Positions 20,910 to 31,700 of a stretch of 64,000 nucleotides of DNA are shown here, one piece after another. The notes below the pieces were generated by a model that saw only the letters and a list, made by a program, of their open reading frames with translations, had not been told where the DNA came from and searched no databases. Every line of letters begins with the position of its first letter. Position 1 is the stretch's first letter. The stretch is from Candidatus Krumholzibacteriota bacterium (GTDB lineage: Bacteria > Krumholzibacteriota > Krumholzibacteriia > LZORAL124-64-63): contig JAJRZA010000028.1 in NCBI GenBank assembly GCA_024275485.1, forward strand, positions 9,359 to 73,358, written 5' to 3'. A program made the position numbers and the translations under genes.

Positions 20910-22124
20910 TTACAGATGATCGAGGATGTGACCCATGCGGGCCTTCTTCGTATGCAGGTATTTGGCGTTCTTCAGATTGGGTTCGATTTCCACTGGCACC
21001 CGCTCGGTGATTTCCAGGTTGTAACTTTCAAGGCCCACAATTTTTCGTGGATTGTTGGTCATCAGTCGCATGCGCCGCACTCCGAGATCGCGAAGAATCT
21101 GCGCGCCGATGCCGTAGTCGCGAAGGTCATCGGGAAAGCCCAGCTTTTCGTTGGCTTCCACCGTGTCGGCGCCCAGGTCCTGTAGTTTGTAGGCTTTCAT
21201 TTTGTTGATCAAACCGATGCCGCGGCCTTCCTGTCGCATATAAAGAAACACACCGGTGCCTTCGTCCTGGATGGCCCTCAGGGCAGCGTCCATTTGCTCA
21301 CCGCAATCGCAGCGTTTGCTGTGAAAGAGGTCACCGGTCATGCATTCGCTGTGCACTCGAACCAGGATGGGCTCATCGGCCTTGATCTCACCCATGACCA
21401 GAGCCACGTGGGTCAGGTTTTCCACCGGCGCGCTGTAGGCGACCATGCGAAAATCACCCTTGTCGGTTGGCAAGGGAACCTCGGCCTCTCGATTGACCAG
21501 ACTATCGTTTTTTCGCCGCCAGCGAATAAGATCGGCGATGGTGATCAGTTTGAGATCGTGCTCGGCTGCAATTTCCTGCAGGCGCGGGCGGCGAGCCATT
21601 TCCCCGTCCTCGTCCATGATTTCACAGAGCAAACCGGCAGGATAAAGACCTGCAGCTTCACACAAATCTATCACCGCTTCGGTGTGACCGGCGCGTTTGA
21701 GCACACCCCCGGCATGGGCCCCCAGGGGGAAGATATGCCCGGGCCGTGCCAGGTCGGACGGCTTGCTGTTCTGGTCCACGAAAACTTCAATGGTGCGAGC
21801 TCGATCAGCAGCGCTGATACCCGTACTCACACCCGTGGCCGCGTCAATGCTGACAGTGAAATTGGTTCCCAGCGATGCAGTGTTGCGTGCCACCATGGGT
21901 TGAATATCCAACTCTTCCAGGCGTTCAGTGGTGGCCGCCAGGCAAATCAGGCCGCGCCCGTATTTGGCAATAAAATTCACCGCCTGGGGCGTGGTTTTTT
22001 CCGCGGCGATGATGAAATCGCCTTCGTTTTCCCGATCTTCGTCGTCCATTACAACGATGATCTCTCCCTGGCGCAGGGCTTCGAGGGCCTCTTCAATGGT
22101 ATCTGGTGTGAAATTGTCGCTCAT
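20910..22124 (-). CDS. ribBA: Bifunctional 3,4-dihydroxy-2-butanone-4-phosphate synthase / GTP cyclohydrolase II
   Basis: [10 protein letters not shown] (DHBP synthase) plus C-terminal GTP cyclohydrolase II region (CDCG zinc motif). 404 aa. Confidence 0.9.
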   Translation of the reverse strand: MSDNFTPDTIEEALEALRQGEIIVVMDDEDRENEGDFIIAAEKTTPQAVNFIAKYGRGLICLAATTERLEELDIQPMVARNTASLGTNFTVSIDAATGVSTGISAADRARTIEVFVDQNSKPSDLARPGHIFPLGAHAGGVLKRAGHTEAVIDLCEAAGLYPAGLLCEIMDEDGEMARRPRLQEIAAEHDLKLITIADLIRWRRKNDSLVNREAEVPLPTDKGDFRMVAYSAPVENLTHVALVMGEIKADEPILVRVHSECMTGDLFHSKRCDCGEQMDAALRAIQDEGTGVFLYMRQEGRGIGLINKMKAYKLQDLGADTVEANEKLGFPDDLRDYGIGAQILRDLGVRRMRLMTNNPRKIVGLESYNLEITERVPVEIEPNLKNAKYLHTKKARMGHILDHL

Positions 22125-22831
22125 TTCCGTCCTTTCGAACCTGATCTGCCGAAGCGGCCAAAGCCCTTGGCCAGAAGACGATCCAGGGTCAAGCCGACGG
22201 GTTTTGATTCCGTCGACGAGGGTTTTGAATTTTCAAGGCCAGGCCAACCACGTCCGGTGCGGGCTGCTTTGACCAATACATCCGTTTCCAGATTCACCAA
22301 ACGGCCGGTTTTGGCCGTGGAAAAAGTGGTCGCCTGCAACGTGTGCGGGATGAGATTAACGGTGAAAGACCCGTCAAAAGGCCCTTCGTCCACCGTGAGG
22401 CTGACGCCATCGACTGCGATGGATCCTTTGGGAGTCAAATAACGGGCCAGCTCATTGGGCAGCCCAATAGTCATCAGCAAACTGCCACCGGATTTTTTGA
22501 CCGACAGGATACGACCGGGACCATCGACATGGCCCTGGACGATGTGGCCGTCCAAGGCATCACCGGCACGCAGAGCAGGTTCCAAATGCACCTTGTCACC
22601 GCGTCGCCAGCTTTCAAAGGTAGTCAGGCGACGGGTTTCGGTGGCCGCTTCAACACTGAAGACACGGCCTTTGACGGCAGTCACTGTCAGGCAAATCCCG
22701 TTGACGGCGATGCTCTCGCCAAGCTTGGCGCCGGCGGCGAGCTTGGGGGCGTCGATGTCCAAGCGCACAACTCCACGTCGAGGAGAGATGCCTCTAATGC
22801 GTCCAATTTCCCTGATCAAACCCGTGAACAT
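22121..22831 (-). CDS. ribE: Riboflavin synthase alpha subunit with a short basic C-terminal tail
   Basis: MFTGLI start, two lumazine-binding repeats (GxSxAVNGxCLTV and [11 protein letters not shown]). Confidence 0.85.
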   Translation of the reverse strand: MFTGLIREIGRIRGISPRRGVVRLDIDAPKLAAGAKLGESIAVNGICLTVTAVKGRVFSVEAATETRRLTTFESWRRGDKVHLEPALRAGDALDGHIVQGHVDGPGRILSVKKSGGSLLMTIGLPNELARYLTPKGSIAVDGVSLTVDEGPFDGSFTVNLIPHTLQATTFSTAKTGRLVNLETDVLVKAARTGRGWPGLENSKPSSTESKPVGLTLDRLLAKGFGRFGRSGSKGRK

Positions 22832-22838
22832 GCCACTC

Positions 22839-24026
22839 CTAAATGGTGACGCGGGCCATGGTACCCGCTAAGTCTTTCCGGTCGTGGATGAACAGAAGAT
22901 CCCTATCGAACTGGTCAAGGCGGGTCAGGCTGAAGGTGCGGTCCGGCAGGCTGCCTCCGACAAATTTCTGGTTCCAGGTGATGCCCTGGCCCAGAATCAC
23001 CGGGGCCATGTAACTGATCCAACGATCAACCAAACCGGCGCCCAAAAAGGAGCCGGCGAGGGTAGGTCCGCCTTCAAGCATCATCGTCAGCAAATCACCG
23101 GTGGCGGCAACATCCAGTAGGGATTTGGGGTCGATGCGGCCGTTCTTCTCGCGGCAAAAGAGGATTTCGCCACCATCTTTTTCAATGGCAATACGGGCCA
23201 TGCTGTCGCGGGAACTTTCCCCGGCGAAAACTATGTACCTGTCCCTGTCGAAACCACCCTGCCAGCTCAAATCGGTGTCCACATAACCCGGCATCGGGTC
23301 GGCTTTTGGAACATCATGATCTTCACAGGCCAGGCGTCCGTCCAGCCGGGGATGATCGGCAGCCACGGTTCCTTCGCCCACCAAAACCAGATCCACCCGA
23401 CGGCGACGGCGATGCACATCGCAGCGGGCAGCCTCGCCTGTCAGATAAAATGGCTTGGCGGCGGTGCGTAGTTCTGGTCCCGGAGCAAATCGCCCATCCA
23501 GGCTGGTGGCTGTTTTCAGTTCCACATAAACCCGGGTGAAATTATCCGTGGCCACAAAAGGCCAGATCAGTTCGAGACAGGATTCGGGCAGCACTCCGAT
23601 TTCCACCTCGATGCCCCGCTCGCGCAAATACCGCGCGCCGCCGCCTTTGATGGTCGGGTTGGGATCCCTGATGCCGATCACCACCCGGGCCACGCCACTT
23701 TCAATGACCGCTTTGGTGCAGGGCGGAGTGCGGCCGGTGTGGTTACAGGGTTCGAGAGTGACGTAGAGGGTTCCACCACGTGCCTTTTCGCCCGCCTCGG
23801 CCAAGGCCACCGGCTCGGCATGAGGCTGACCCGGCCCCAAATGGCAACCGCGTCCCACAATGACACCATCTTTGACCACCACGGCGCCAACAGGCGGATT
23901 GGGCCAGGTTCGGGTTTCCAGACGCTGGGCCTGGGAAAGGGCCGCTGACATGAAACAACCGTCCACAGCCGAAGCGTCGTTGTCGAACAGGTGGTGGCAA
24001 TCAGCGCCAATACCGGAAATGCTCAT
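22839..24026 (-). CDS. ribD: Bifunctional diaminohydroxyphosphoribosylaminopyrimidine deaminase / 5-amino-6-(5-phosphoribosylamino)uracil reductase
   Basis: HAEPVAL...TLEPCNHTGRTPPC CMP/dCMP deaminase zinc motif and C-terminal reductase domain. Confidence 0.85.
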   Translation of the reverse strand: MSISGIGADCHHLFDNDASAVDGCFMSAALSQAQRLETRTWPNPPVGAVVVKDGVIVGRGCHLGPGQPHAEPVALAEAGEKARGGTLYVTLEPCNHTGRTPPCTKAVIESGVARVVIGIRDPNPTIKGGGARYLRERGIEVEIGVLPESCLELIWPFVATDNFTRVYVELKTATSLDGRFAPGPELRTAAKPFYLTGEAARCDVHRRRRRVDLVLVGEGTVAADHPRLDGRLACEDHDVPKADPMPGYVDTDLSWQGGFDRDRYIVFAGESSRDSMARIAIEKDGGEILFCREKNGRIDPKSLLDVAATGDLLTMMLEGGPTLAGSFLGAGLVDRWISYMAPVILGQGITWNQKFVGGSLPDRTFSLTRLDQFDRDLLFIHDRKDLAGTMARVTI

Positions 24027-24039
24027 TTTTTCACACGCG

Positions 24040-24110
24040 GGGAACTTAGGAGAAAAGGCTGGCGGTGGGCATCAACAATGGAGGGATTCCTCCCTGTTTT
24101 GATGCTCCAC
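24040..24110 (-). terminator. Expression platform of the FMN riboswitch. Long stem (TTGGCGGT...ACCGCCAG) followed by CCTTTTCTCC just upstream of the ribD ATG
   Basis: Inverted repeat read on the minus strand. 5' arm overlaps the P1 3' strand of the aptamer. Confidence 0.45.
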
Positions 24111-24120
24111 TTTGGACCGC

Positions 24121-24244
<124 letters not shown>

Positions 24245-24434
24245 AGGTTGTCTTGAATGAAAAACATAGATCATGAAATGGGGTCCGTCAAGGGCCACAG
24301 AAGACAGGGCCACAGAAGACCATGGAAAATTGGTCAACAGCCTGCTAAGTGACACAAAATACTTTTAATATTACTTTTTGTATTGCAAGATCCATGGACG
24401 GAATCGGAAACTTACAAATCAAACTGGGGATACA

Positions 24435-24974
24435 ATGGCCGCTTCGCATGGAAAACAAAAAAACTCAACCAACTGTAGGCCAAATGATGTCCAGGCCGAC
24501 ACCTCTTCCGCTGGCACAGAAGCAGAAGGCACCATACTCAACGAAATTCTCGACAACTCAACATCTGCGGCTCGAGATCGGGGAATCACCATCGGCACCT
24601 TTTGCGGGTGGAACGATGAAGGCAACCCCTTGGTGGAGTACCCGGACAACCCCCGCAAGATACCCTTGTCTGCTCGCAGCACCGTCGTTTTGGGCAAGCA
24701 GGACATCGGATCAGAAGTCGCTTTGCTTTTTGAAGACACCAGTTCCCTGTGTCCCATCGTGATAGGCCTAATCCAGCCCCCTGTCACTGATCTGACTGCC
24801 ACCGTCGACGATGAGGTCGTCGTCCTGCAAGCCAAGGAACGCATCGAATTGTGTTGTGGAAAAGCGAAGATCGTTTTGACGAAGGATGGAAAAATCCTGA
24901 TCAAGGGAAAAGATGTCATGAGTCGTTCGGAAGGTCCGAATCGATTAAAAGGGGCTTCAATTCAAATCAATTGA
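24435..24974 (+). CDS. Small gp5/GpV-like OB-fold protein with VgrG-C-terminus-like beta-strand tail (mini spike-like protein)
   Basis: GITIGTFCGWNDEGNPLVEYP...VVLGKQDIGSEVALLFEDTSSLCPIVIGLI matches the phage baseplate V / VgrG OB-fold pattern. C-terminal ERIELCCGKAKIVLTKDGKILIKGKDV resembles the last segment of the vgrG in this window (GSAKFVLKKNGDITLSGKKISVKG). Start assumed at ATG 24435 after GGGGATACA. Confidence 0.5.
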   Translation: MAASHGKQKNSTNCRPNDVQADTSSAGTEAEGTILNEILDNSTSAARDRGITIGTFCGWNDEGNPLVEYPDNPRKIPLSARSTVVLGKQDIGSEVALLFEDTSSLCPIVIGLIQPPVTDLTATVDDEVVVLQAKERIELCCGKAKIVLTKDGKILIKGKDVMSRSEGPNRLKGASIQIN

Positions 24975-25010
24975 CCCATAATTCGGCCCGTACAGGCCAG
25001 GAGTATTGCC

Positions 25011-26219
25011 GTGACTTTGCCCCGTCCCCATATCCTGCTTCCCATCCTGAAGGAACACTTCGGCGAACTGGATACGCTCTGGGAACGACGAGAAATGTGC
25101 GTTTACGACTCCGTCTGGAACCACCAGGATCTGGCGGAGCTCGAAGAGCGCGCCAACCGTCATCTTGAGGGATTGCTGATCGGGCAAGGGCACGCCCTGG
25201 ATTTAGCAAGAGAAGCCCTCCAGGGAGGCGAGCGTGGTGCAGCAACGGCTGGGGCAGTTGTCATGCTGAACCTGGGTTCACCAGAATTGGCAGAAGAGTT
25301 GGTCCGCACCATGGAATCGACCGAGCCAGAGGTAGCCCATGGGATCCGCATTGCGCTGAGGCATCATGAACTCGGACCAACCGAGGCGTTGTTGCGTCCT
25401 TTGACCACGTCGAAATCACCGCTGGTACGCGCTTGTGCCTGTGACGTTCTGGCTTTTCATCGCCGGCCCCCTGCTGAGGACGTGCGCCCTTTGTTAACTG
25501 ATGAAGATGAAGAGGTCAGGACACTGGCGATCGCCAGCATAGGTCGGTGGGGGGGCGATTGGCAGGAAGAAGACCTGCACCTGCAGTTGACACAGTGCGA
25601 TTCTGCCTTGGTTCAAAGGGCAGCACTGGAGACTTCCGTTCGTGTAGCATTGCCTGATTTGTTGTCAATATGTCTGGAAGCAGCCTACCGCGAAGAAAAT
25701 CCTTCACTCGAAGCCTTGAAATTTCTAGGCGTGATAGGCGATGAAGCAGAGATTGGCCAAATAGAACAAGCCCTCGATGATTTCCCTGTTGCCGGGGCGG
25801 CACTTTGCGCACTTGGCTCCCTGGGATACACCCAACCGATTCCCGCCATCATTAAAGCTCTGTCGAACCCGCTTGTGGCTCATGCCGCCGCCGCCGCATT
25901 TCTGCGCATAACAGCAGCTGAAAACGTTCAGGGGGAACCGCTGAAACCCCCGGCTGAAATCAGTGAGGAAGAAGCAGATTTCTGGGATGAGCATGTTGAG
26001 GCGGATCCCTTATTGGCCGAACAGTGGTGGCAAAACAATGCGGAACAGTTTGCGAAAAATGAACGCTATCAGGGAGGATGCGCAGTGCAGGGGTGGCCGG
26101 TGGAAACTGCAATTTCGTTGGAGGCACGAAGAGATGAATTCCTACGGGCTTGTTTCCTGGCTGGTGGAAGTCTTGGGGAACTGGAACTCGAATCAGCAGC
26201 TTCGGCCATCAACCCATAA
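25011..26219 (+). CDS. HEAT/ARM-like repeat protein of unknown function
   Basis: 402 aa, repeated helical units with conserved A/L/V spacing. 3' end overlaps the 3' end of the convergent DUF4150 gene. Confidence 0.45.
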   Translation: MTLPRPHILLPILKEHFGELDTLWERREMCVYDSVWNHQDLAELEERANRHLEGLLIGQGHALDLAREALQGGERGAATAGAVVMLNLGSPELAEELVRTMESTEPEVAHGIRIALRHHELGPTEALLRPLTTSKSPLVRACACDVLAFHRRPPAEDVRPLLTDEDEEVRTLAIASIGRWGGDWQEEDLHLQLTQCDSALVQRAALETSVRVALPDLLSICLEAAYREENPSLEALKFLGVIGDEAEIGQIEQALDDFPVAGAALCALGSLGYTQPIPAIIKALSNPLVAHAAAAAFLRITAAENVQGEPLKPPAEISEEEADFWDEHVEADPLLAEQWWQNNAEQFAKNERYQGGCAVQGWPVETAISLEARRDEFLRACFLAGGSLGELELESAASAINP

Positions 26220-26592
26220 TATTCTTGTCGTTGTGAAACAACGGGTCCCCCATGCGGCAAACATTCTTGCCTTCGAATTTCACATCAAAGGAATACATCA
26301 TGAACTCGGCAGCGCCTTTGTTCTTGCTGCTGACCACGCCGCCCCCGGCTGACCCCGCTTCATCCCCGGACGAGGTGCTGTACTTTGCCCCTTTGGTCAT
26401 GGGCATGGCTCCGTCTGTTTTGACTTTTTTGGGGCCACCGCTGGTGTCCGATGCCATGGCGATATTGGGGTACGGGATGGGAATCGGGCCACCCGGTGTA
26501 GGGGTTTTGCAAACGTCAGGGAACACCATGCTCATGCCGCCGCTTTTTTTGTGGGCGATGCCTCTTCCGTTGGCGAATGTTTTTTGTCCCAT
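26209..26592 (-). CDS. PAAR-like DUF4150 domain protein (T6SS spike tip or cargo carrier)
   Basis: MGQKTFANGRGIAHKKSGGMSMVFPDVCKTPTPGGPIPIPYPNIA...GDEAGSAGGGVVS...GDPLFHNDKN matches the DUF4150 signature. Start at internal M (about 26592) avoids overlap with the upstream gene. Confidence 0.75.
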   Translation of the reverse strand: MGQKTFANGRGIAHKKSGGMSMVFPDVCKTPTPGGPIPIPYPNIAMASDTSGGPKKVKTDGAMPMTKGAKYSTSSGDEAGSAGGGVVSSKNKGAAEFMMYSFDVKFEGKNVCRMGDPLFHNDKNIMG

Positions 26593-26617
26593 GTCGATTT
26601 TCTCCTCTTGATAACAC

Positions 26618-27712
26618 CTAGCCAGCCAAAACATCCACCAACGCTGCTGCCCGCTGTGGCCCATCCGACGAGGTGCATACGAGACCAGGTGCAGCGTAGG
26701 TACCATCCTGGATTCCCATGGCAGCGAGCCCAAGCATCACCGGGCCCAGTGCTGCACCGATATCCCCAAAACAATCCACCGGATGCACCACCATTGCTTC
26801 AGGTAACAATTCCTTATGAGATCGCAATCTTGCCACTCCAAATTCCTTGGCTCCAAAATTTTCACCATTCAGGCCGGCAAAGATTGTGGGCACCTGGGTC
26901 CGCAGGGCGATATATTTTGTGAGCAGGCGATGAAAGGCGTCAGCCAGACCGTCGCCACGGTAGGGTTCCTCGCTGTGGCGATGACCTGTTTCGACCCCCA
27001 ACCCCACTCCCACCAGACGAGCCAGAGATTCCAAGCCTGGAACTGGAGGCGCCCCCAAGCGGCCGAGCAGAAGAAGGCCGGCACCCTCCCCGGGAATAAA
27101 CCCATCCATGACCTGGGAGGTCTGTATCCGTTGGTCACGGTCCAAGGTGGCCAAGTGGATCAGATCCAGAAAACTGTCGATGCCGCCGGCCAGCGCATAG
27201 TCGCCACCGCCGTCGACCAGGAATTCCAGGGCTTGATCCACAGCCATAAGTCCGCCGGCCCGGCCTGAAGTCACCAGGACGCTTTGGCTCCGGTTGAACG
27301 ACAAGCCAAGGGCACCGGTCTGCGTAGCCAGCAGATCCAGGAACCCGGAAGATATCGGCTCCGCCAGCTCAGGGTGTTTTTCGGGCGTGGCGAGAAAAAG
27401 AGGGATCTGGTCGGTAAAACCAGGTGGCCCCAACTCGCTCAATACTTCCTCGAAAACCGGAGCCGCCAAACGAAGCAAACGGCGTTGCAAACCAGTCAGC
27501 CCTGATCTTTCTTCAATCTCACCAATCAATTCAGGCAAGGCATCTTCGGGCAACGTCGCCATGATGAAGGGTTCAAAGCGAGAATCAAGGACCGAGGACT
27601 CGGCAAAACCGGCCACCCCCGCCTTCACCGAAGAAAAAGTCTGAGCTGCCCCGAGCCCGATTGCCGTCACCATACCGGTCCGGTGGATAATGGCTTCATT
27701 TTTTGCCATCAA
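26618..27712 (-). CDS. Beta-ketoacyl-synthase (thiolase-fold) like protein lacking the catalytic Cys/His/His. Putative T6SS cargo or adaptor
   Basis: Aligns by eye to FabB/FabF (DGFIPGEGAGLLLLG, ALAGGIDS). The catalytic Cys position reads SGRAGG and the two His positions read N and D. Confidence 0.6.
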   Translation of the reverse strand: MMAKNEAIIHRTGMVTAIGLGAAQTFSSVKAGVAGFAESSVLDSRFEPFIMATLPEDALPELIGEIEERSGLTGLQRRLLRLAAPVFEEVLSELGPPGFTDQIPLFLATPEKHPELAEPISSGFLDLLATQTGALGLSFNRSQSVLVTSGRAGGLMAVDQALEFLVDGGGDYALAGGIDSFLDLIHLATLDRDQRIQTSQVMDGFIPGEGAGLLLLGRLGAPPVPGLESLARLVGVGLGVETGHRHSEEPYRGDGLADAFHRLLTKYIALRTQVPTIFAGLNGENFGAKEFGVARLRSHKELLPEAMVVHPVDCFGDIGAALGPVMLGLAAMGIQDGTYAAPGLVCTSSDGPQRAAALVDVLAG

Positions 27713-28722
27713 ACCGGCCTCCCGTTGAGCAGGAATTCATGCAGGCCGACCTCAACCAGTTCCACTTTCAAGGCCTTCTTGTCACAGGGAAATGCCGCCC
27801 GCCAGAGCATGGTCATGCGATCATCATCGGGCTCAAAAAGCACGGTTTCAAGATTGAGAGTCGGGCTTTCATTTTGCCCACCCACCCGAATAGCCAGATC
27901 GAAAGCGCACCTCGGCAGGGGGAAACGCAGCGTACCACGAGGAGAAAGATTCTTGAGTTTGACCGGTTCTCCCCCTTGCAGGTAACCGTCAGCAATAAGA
28001 TCGGGGTTGGCGGCGTTGAAAAAACGAGAATCAAAATCCTTCGGCAGGTATGGTGACCGATTACGCTCCCAGGCCTCGTCATATGTTCCTGCAAAGTCTA
28101 CTCTTGGTTTCCAATTCGGGGCCACAAAACCGTAACTTGCCGGACGTTTGGAATCCTCGGGGTCCACAAGGTTTGGAGCCAACTTACCCTTGAGTTCCTT
28201 CCGACGCTTTGAGGCGCGGAACCCCTGCCCAACCGGGTTTGAATCAACGGCCTTGAATTTACCCTTCTTCTCATTGGTGACGTGGACACCACCGAAGGCC
28301 CGTTCGAAAGTGAGAGGCATGATCGTGAATGGTTTAAGAGGACTTTTCGAGGGCCCCAGGAGACGCCCGGTCCACTCCTGTTCACCCACCACGTATATGG
28401 TTTTGGCAAGGGGGCCCACCGACAGCGAGGTACCCAAATTCTCCTGAACTTGCTGTCCCGGTGTGTGGGCGCTGCCTACCAGGGCGACATCGGTGGCTGG
28501 TTTGGAGAGGTGGATATCCGAAGCATACTTGAGGCTTGACTTGCCTGGTTCACCAAAGAACACGTCGGCCATATGAAGGGGTTGTTGGGTTTCGGCCAGG
28601 GTCAGCTCATTGCCAAGACAGAAGGTGGCTTTGATGACCACGTATAGAGTGTCCACTCCCATGGGGTCCGGGGAAAGGCTCAGGGTGGAAATGAAGGGTG
28701 TATTGTTGGTTAGTTGGAGCAT
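27709..28722 (-). CDS. DUF2169 domain protein (T6SS-associated adaptor family)
   Basis: TLYVVIKATF...VALVGSAHTPG...GPLAKTIYVVGEQEW...MPLTFERAFGG...NPVGQG pattern of DUF2169. ATGA overlap with the downstream KAS-like gene. Confidence 0.75.
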   Translation of the reverse strand: MLQLTNNTPFISTLSLSPDPMGVDTLYVVIKATFCLGNELTLAETQQPLHMADVFFGEPGKSSLKYASDIHLSKPATDVALVGSAHTPGQQVQENLGTSLSVGPLAKTIYVVGEQEWTGRLLGPSKSPLKPFTIMPLTFERAFGGVHVTNEKKGKFKAVDSNPVGQGFRASKRRKELKGKLAPNLVDPEDSKRPASYGFVAPNWKPRVDFAGTYDEAWERNRSPYLPKDFDSRFFNAANPDLIADGYLQGGEPVKLKNLSPRGTLRFPLPRCAFDLAIRVGGQNESPTLNLETVLFEPDDDRMTMLWRAAFPCDKKALKVELVEVGLHEFLLNGRPV

Positions 28723-28791
28723 GGCTGTTTGCTATTCCTCCCTTCGTTTCAGAAACCACTGCGGCCAACATATGCAGAGCCAGCGAAATCA

Positions 28792-31700
28792 TCAATCCCG
28801 CAAGCTCTTGGGACAACTGAATCGCAAAAATCCCCTTTTGAATGGATGGTTCTGCGAACCAGCCTTCAGATGGTAGGGAACAGCGATCTGGTACTGGTCT
28901 TCATAACTCTGAATCCACTTGATTTTGAAGGAATCCCCCTGCTGGTTCAGGGCTGGAAATTCCGCCATATCCAACAACCGGAAAAGCGCCCATTCACTGG
29001 ATTCCACCTTGTTCTCCCCGGGTTTTTTACACCCTCCTTTAAGACAGATTACCGCCACTCGCCCAACCACTTCACCAGCCTCATCCGGCCATTCGAATTT
29101 GCGACTCTTGGCCAGTCCCCATCGATAGATCAGACTCTCGTTGCCAACCTTCACCAGGGAAGCCCCAAAATCCGGAGCGATACCAGTTCCATTTATGGTC
29201 ACCAGTTGCTGGGCAGTCAGTGTGCATTCGGCATGGAGTTTCCCCTCTGGAAAAAGGACCTCTGCCAACTGCTTGGATTTGCGTAGTGAATTGATGGAAC
29301 TGGGACCGAGGGCCAAACCCAGACCATAGACCCGACCGGGAGACTGGTCGTCTTCCAGGAACGAGTTCATCTTCTCATTCAGGAAAACAGGCAGGGCGCC
29401 ATCGGGTCCGAAGAAATCGCCGTAATCAACCGTGGTGGCTTCCGCATCAGCGTTGAAGCAGGGATACTTCAGGTTCAGGGTGCTGGAGAAAGGGTCCCAG
29501 ACTTCCAACTTCCATTCCTGGTCCAGGTACTGGGTCGTCACCTCGAGGCAGGTTCGCCAGGCAGCCTCGGCAGGACGGGTCAGATAGACCTGCAGGGCGC
29601 GATTGCTTTCGGCACTTCCGAGACGAATGGGATTGGAGTGGTTGTAGGCGAAACTCCGCAAAATGGAGATCGAATTTTCCATTTGTGGCTTTTCGAACAC
29701 GGATTTGGTGAACTCCATGGTGGTCGAGGGACCCTCTGCCCCGTGCAACTCCCACAGCTTGGTCCTAATACCCATCACGGCGGCCAGGAAATCGTCCTGG
29801 GGCGGTTTCCCGTCCTTGGGTGATTTATTCTGGACGAAGGAGTGAAGGGAGACAAACGCAGACTCAATCCGGTCCATGGTCTTGACCACCGCTGAACCCA
29901 CATCACCTTCCTTTTCCTTGAAACGCAGGTTTTCGGAAACTTCTGAAAGAAGGCGCAGGAAAGGTGAATCATCACCCAGCAACTCATCCATATCGCCGGC
30001 CACAATGCCCAGGTCCGTTTCCCTGGGCAGCTCCACCGAGACCAGAAATTCGTTCCAACTCCTCTTGTAGTCCCGCTCATAGGAACCCAACAAGCGGTTC
30101 TTGATTCCAGATGCTCGTTCCTCGAACACCTCCTGCAGCAACCAGTCGTTCCTCAGTTCAGTATCACTGTTGATGATCCGGTGGCGGACATGGTCTGTCC
30201 AACCGGCCTTGGTAAAGCTGCCGGGAACCGTAACCCTGCCACCACTGGATGGGTCCGGACCCACGGAGATCAGGCCCGGATGTCGAGTGGGGTCAAGCCG
30301 GAACCCGGTGGTAAGTTTGTTGATGTCGTTGATCATCCGGTGGTAGAAATTCTCCGGCCGCCAGGTGTCCCGAACAAACTGATTGCCTTTTCTGATGAGA
30401 TCTCGATCCGCCTGTTTCTCACCACAGAACCTGGCGAAAACATCGGCATGATTCATGGCAAAACGAATGTGATCGTCGACCCTGCCCTCGGCACCACTCT
30501 GTCCCCCGGCAAGAACGTCCAGGTTGGCCCACAAATTCCCCAGTTCGTCGGCCATCAAATCCGCATCTTCCCGGTGGGGAGTAAACAGGGTGCGATAAAC
30601 CCGGTAGCGATTGTAGAATTGTGTGCCACCCACCTCGTCGTCCACATCGGGACAAGGATACTCGAGCAACAACGCCAACTCCTGGCGGCTGGGCACAACC
30701 AGAATATCACGCAACCGGTTAAGATAAACTCCAAGGGCGGGCCCTTTCAATTTGTTTCCAGTGTACAAACCCAGATCAAGAGTCAAGGAACGTCTCTTTC
30801 CCATTTCATCCAGACGAACCAAGTGGTTTTTCAGGCCATCCAACTCACGCAGGGACTGGTTGATCGCCTTCAGGTCGTTGTTTGCCAGAACCACATTGCC
30901 GGCAGCAGAGGTCAAAAGCTTGGTCTTGTTGACCAGAGCCAGGTTGCGACCGAAAGAGACCGTCAGCAGAACACCGAACAAAGCCAGGGCGGCCAAGGCT
31001 GTGAACTGAATGGTGCGGCGCAGGATCCTGGCCTGTTGGGCGGCCCCCCGGGTAGGCCTGGCGATGTGGCGATCGGGAATCAAGACCTTTTGGAAGAAAT
31101 CCTTCAGGAAAAAGGGTCTTCCCGTTGGCAAGGACCGGGTCCGTAAAGAAGTGAAGTCGGTTCCGGGCAACCCCATGACCTGGCTTACCTCGTTGAGCAC
31201 AACATCAGCAACCTGCCCGCCCCCGCCCGAGGCGACAAAATAAAAGCCCCGCATCAAGGGATTGGAACCGTATGCGTTTTCTTCACAGAGGGCGGTCATG
31301 AAACAATCCAAGGGGCTTCGAAGGCCTTGGAACTCCAGGGGAAAAAGGAAGGTGCCATCCTTGATCGCCGGGTTTTCTTCCCTGACCAATCGCATCTGGC
31401 GTCGTTTGCGGAGAGCCCGGCTGAGCAGGTTGAACTCCTGGAAAAAGGCCTTCTGGGACCAGCCCAGACTTCCACCGGATTGGCGGAAGGTGGTGCCCCA
31501 GATCTGGGCCGACCCTTCTGAACTGATGCCTGAATAATAGTCGTGAAAGCCCAAAAGAAGATCCATTTTGGTGACCATAACGTAAACCGGGAACACCTGG
31601 CGAAGGCTCTCCCTCATGGCGTCCAATCGGCGGCGCAGCAAACGGGCCCGGGCGCGGATATCCGATTTGTCACCTTGCAGGAGCTCGGTGACGCTGATGG

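Noticed and set aside
24040-24110. GGGAGGAATCCCTCC small hairpin as an independent terminator
   Set aside because: No U-tract follows it. It is nested inside the larger riboswitch expression-platform stem, so it is not called separately.
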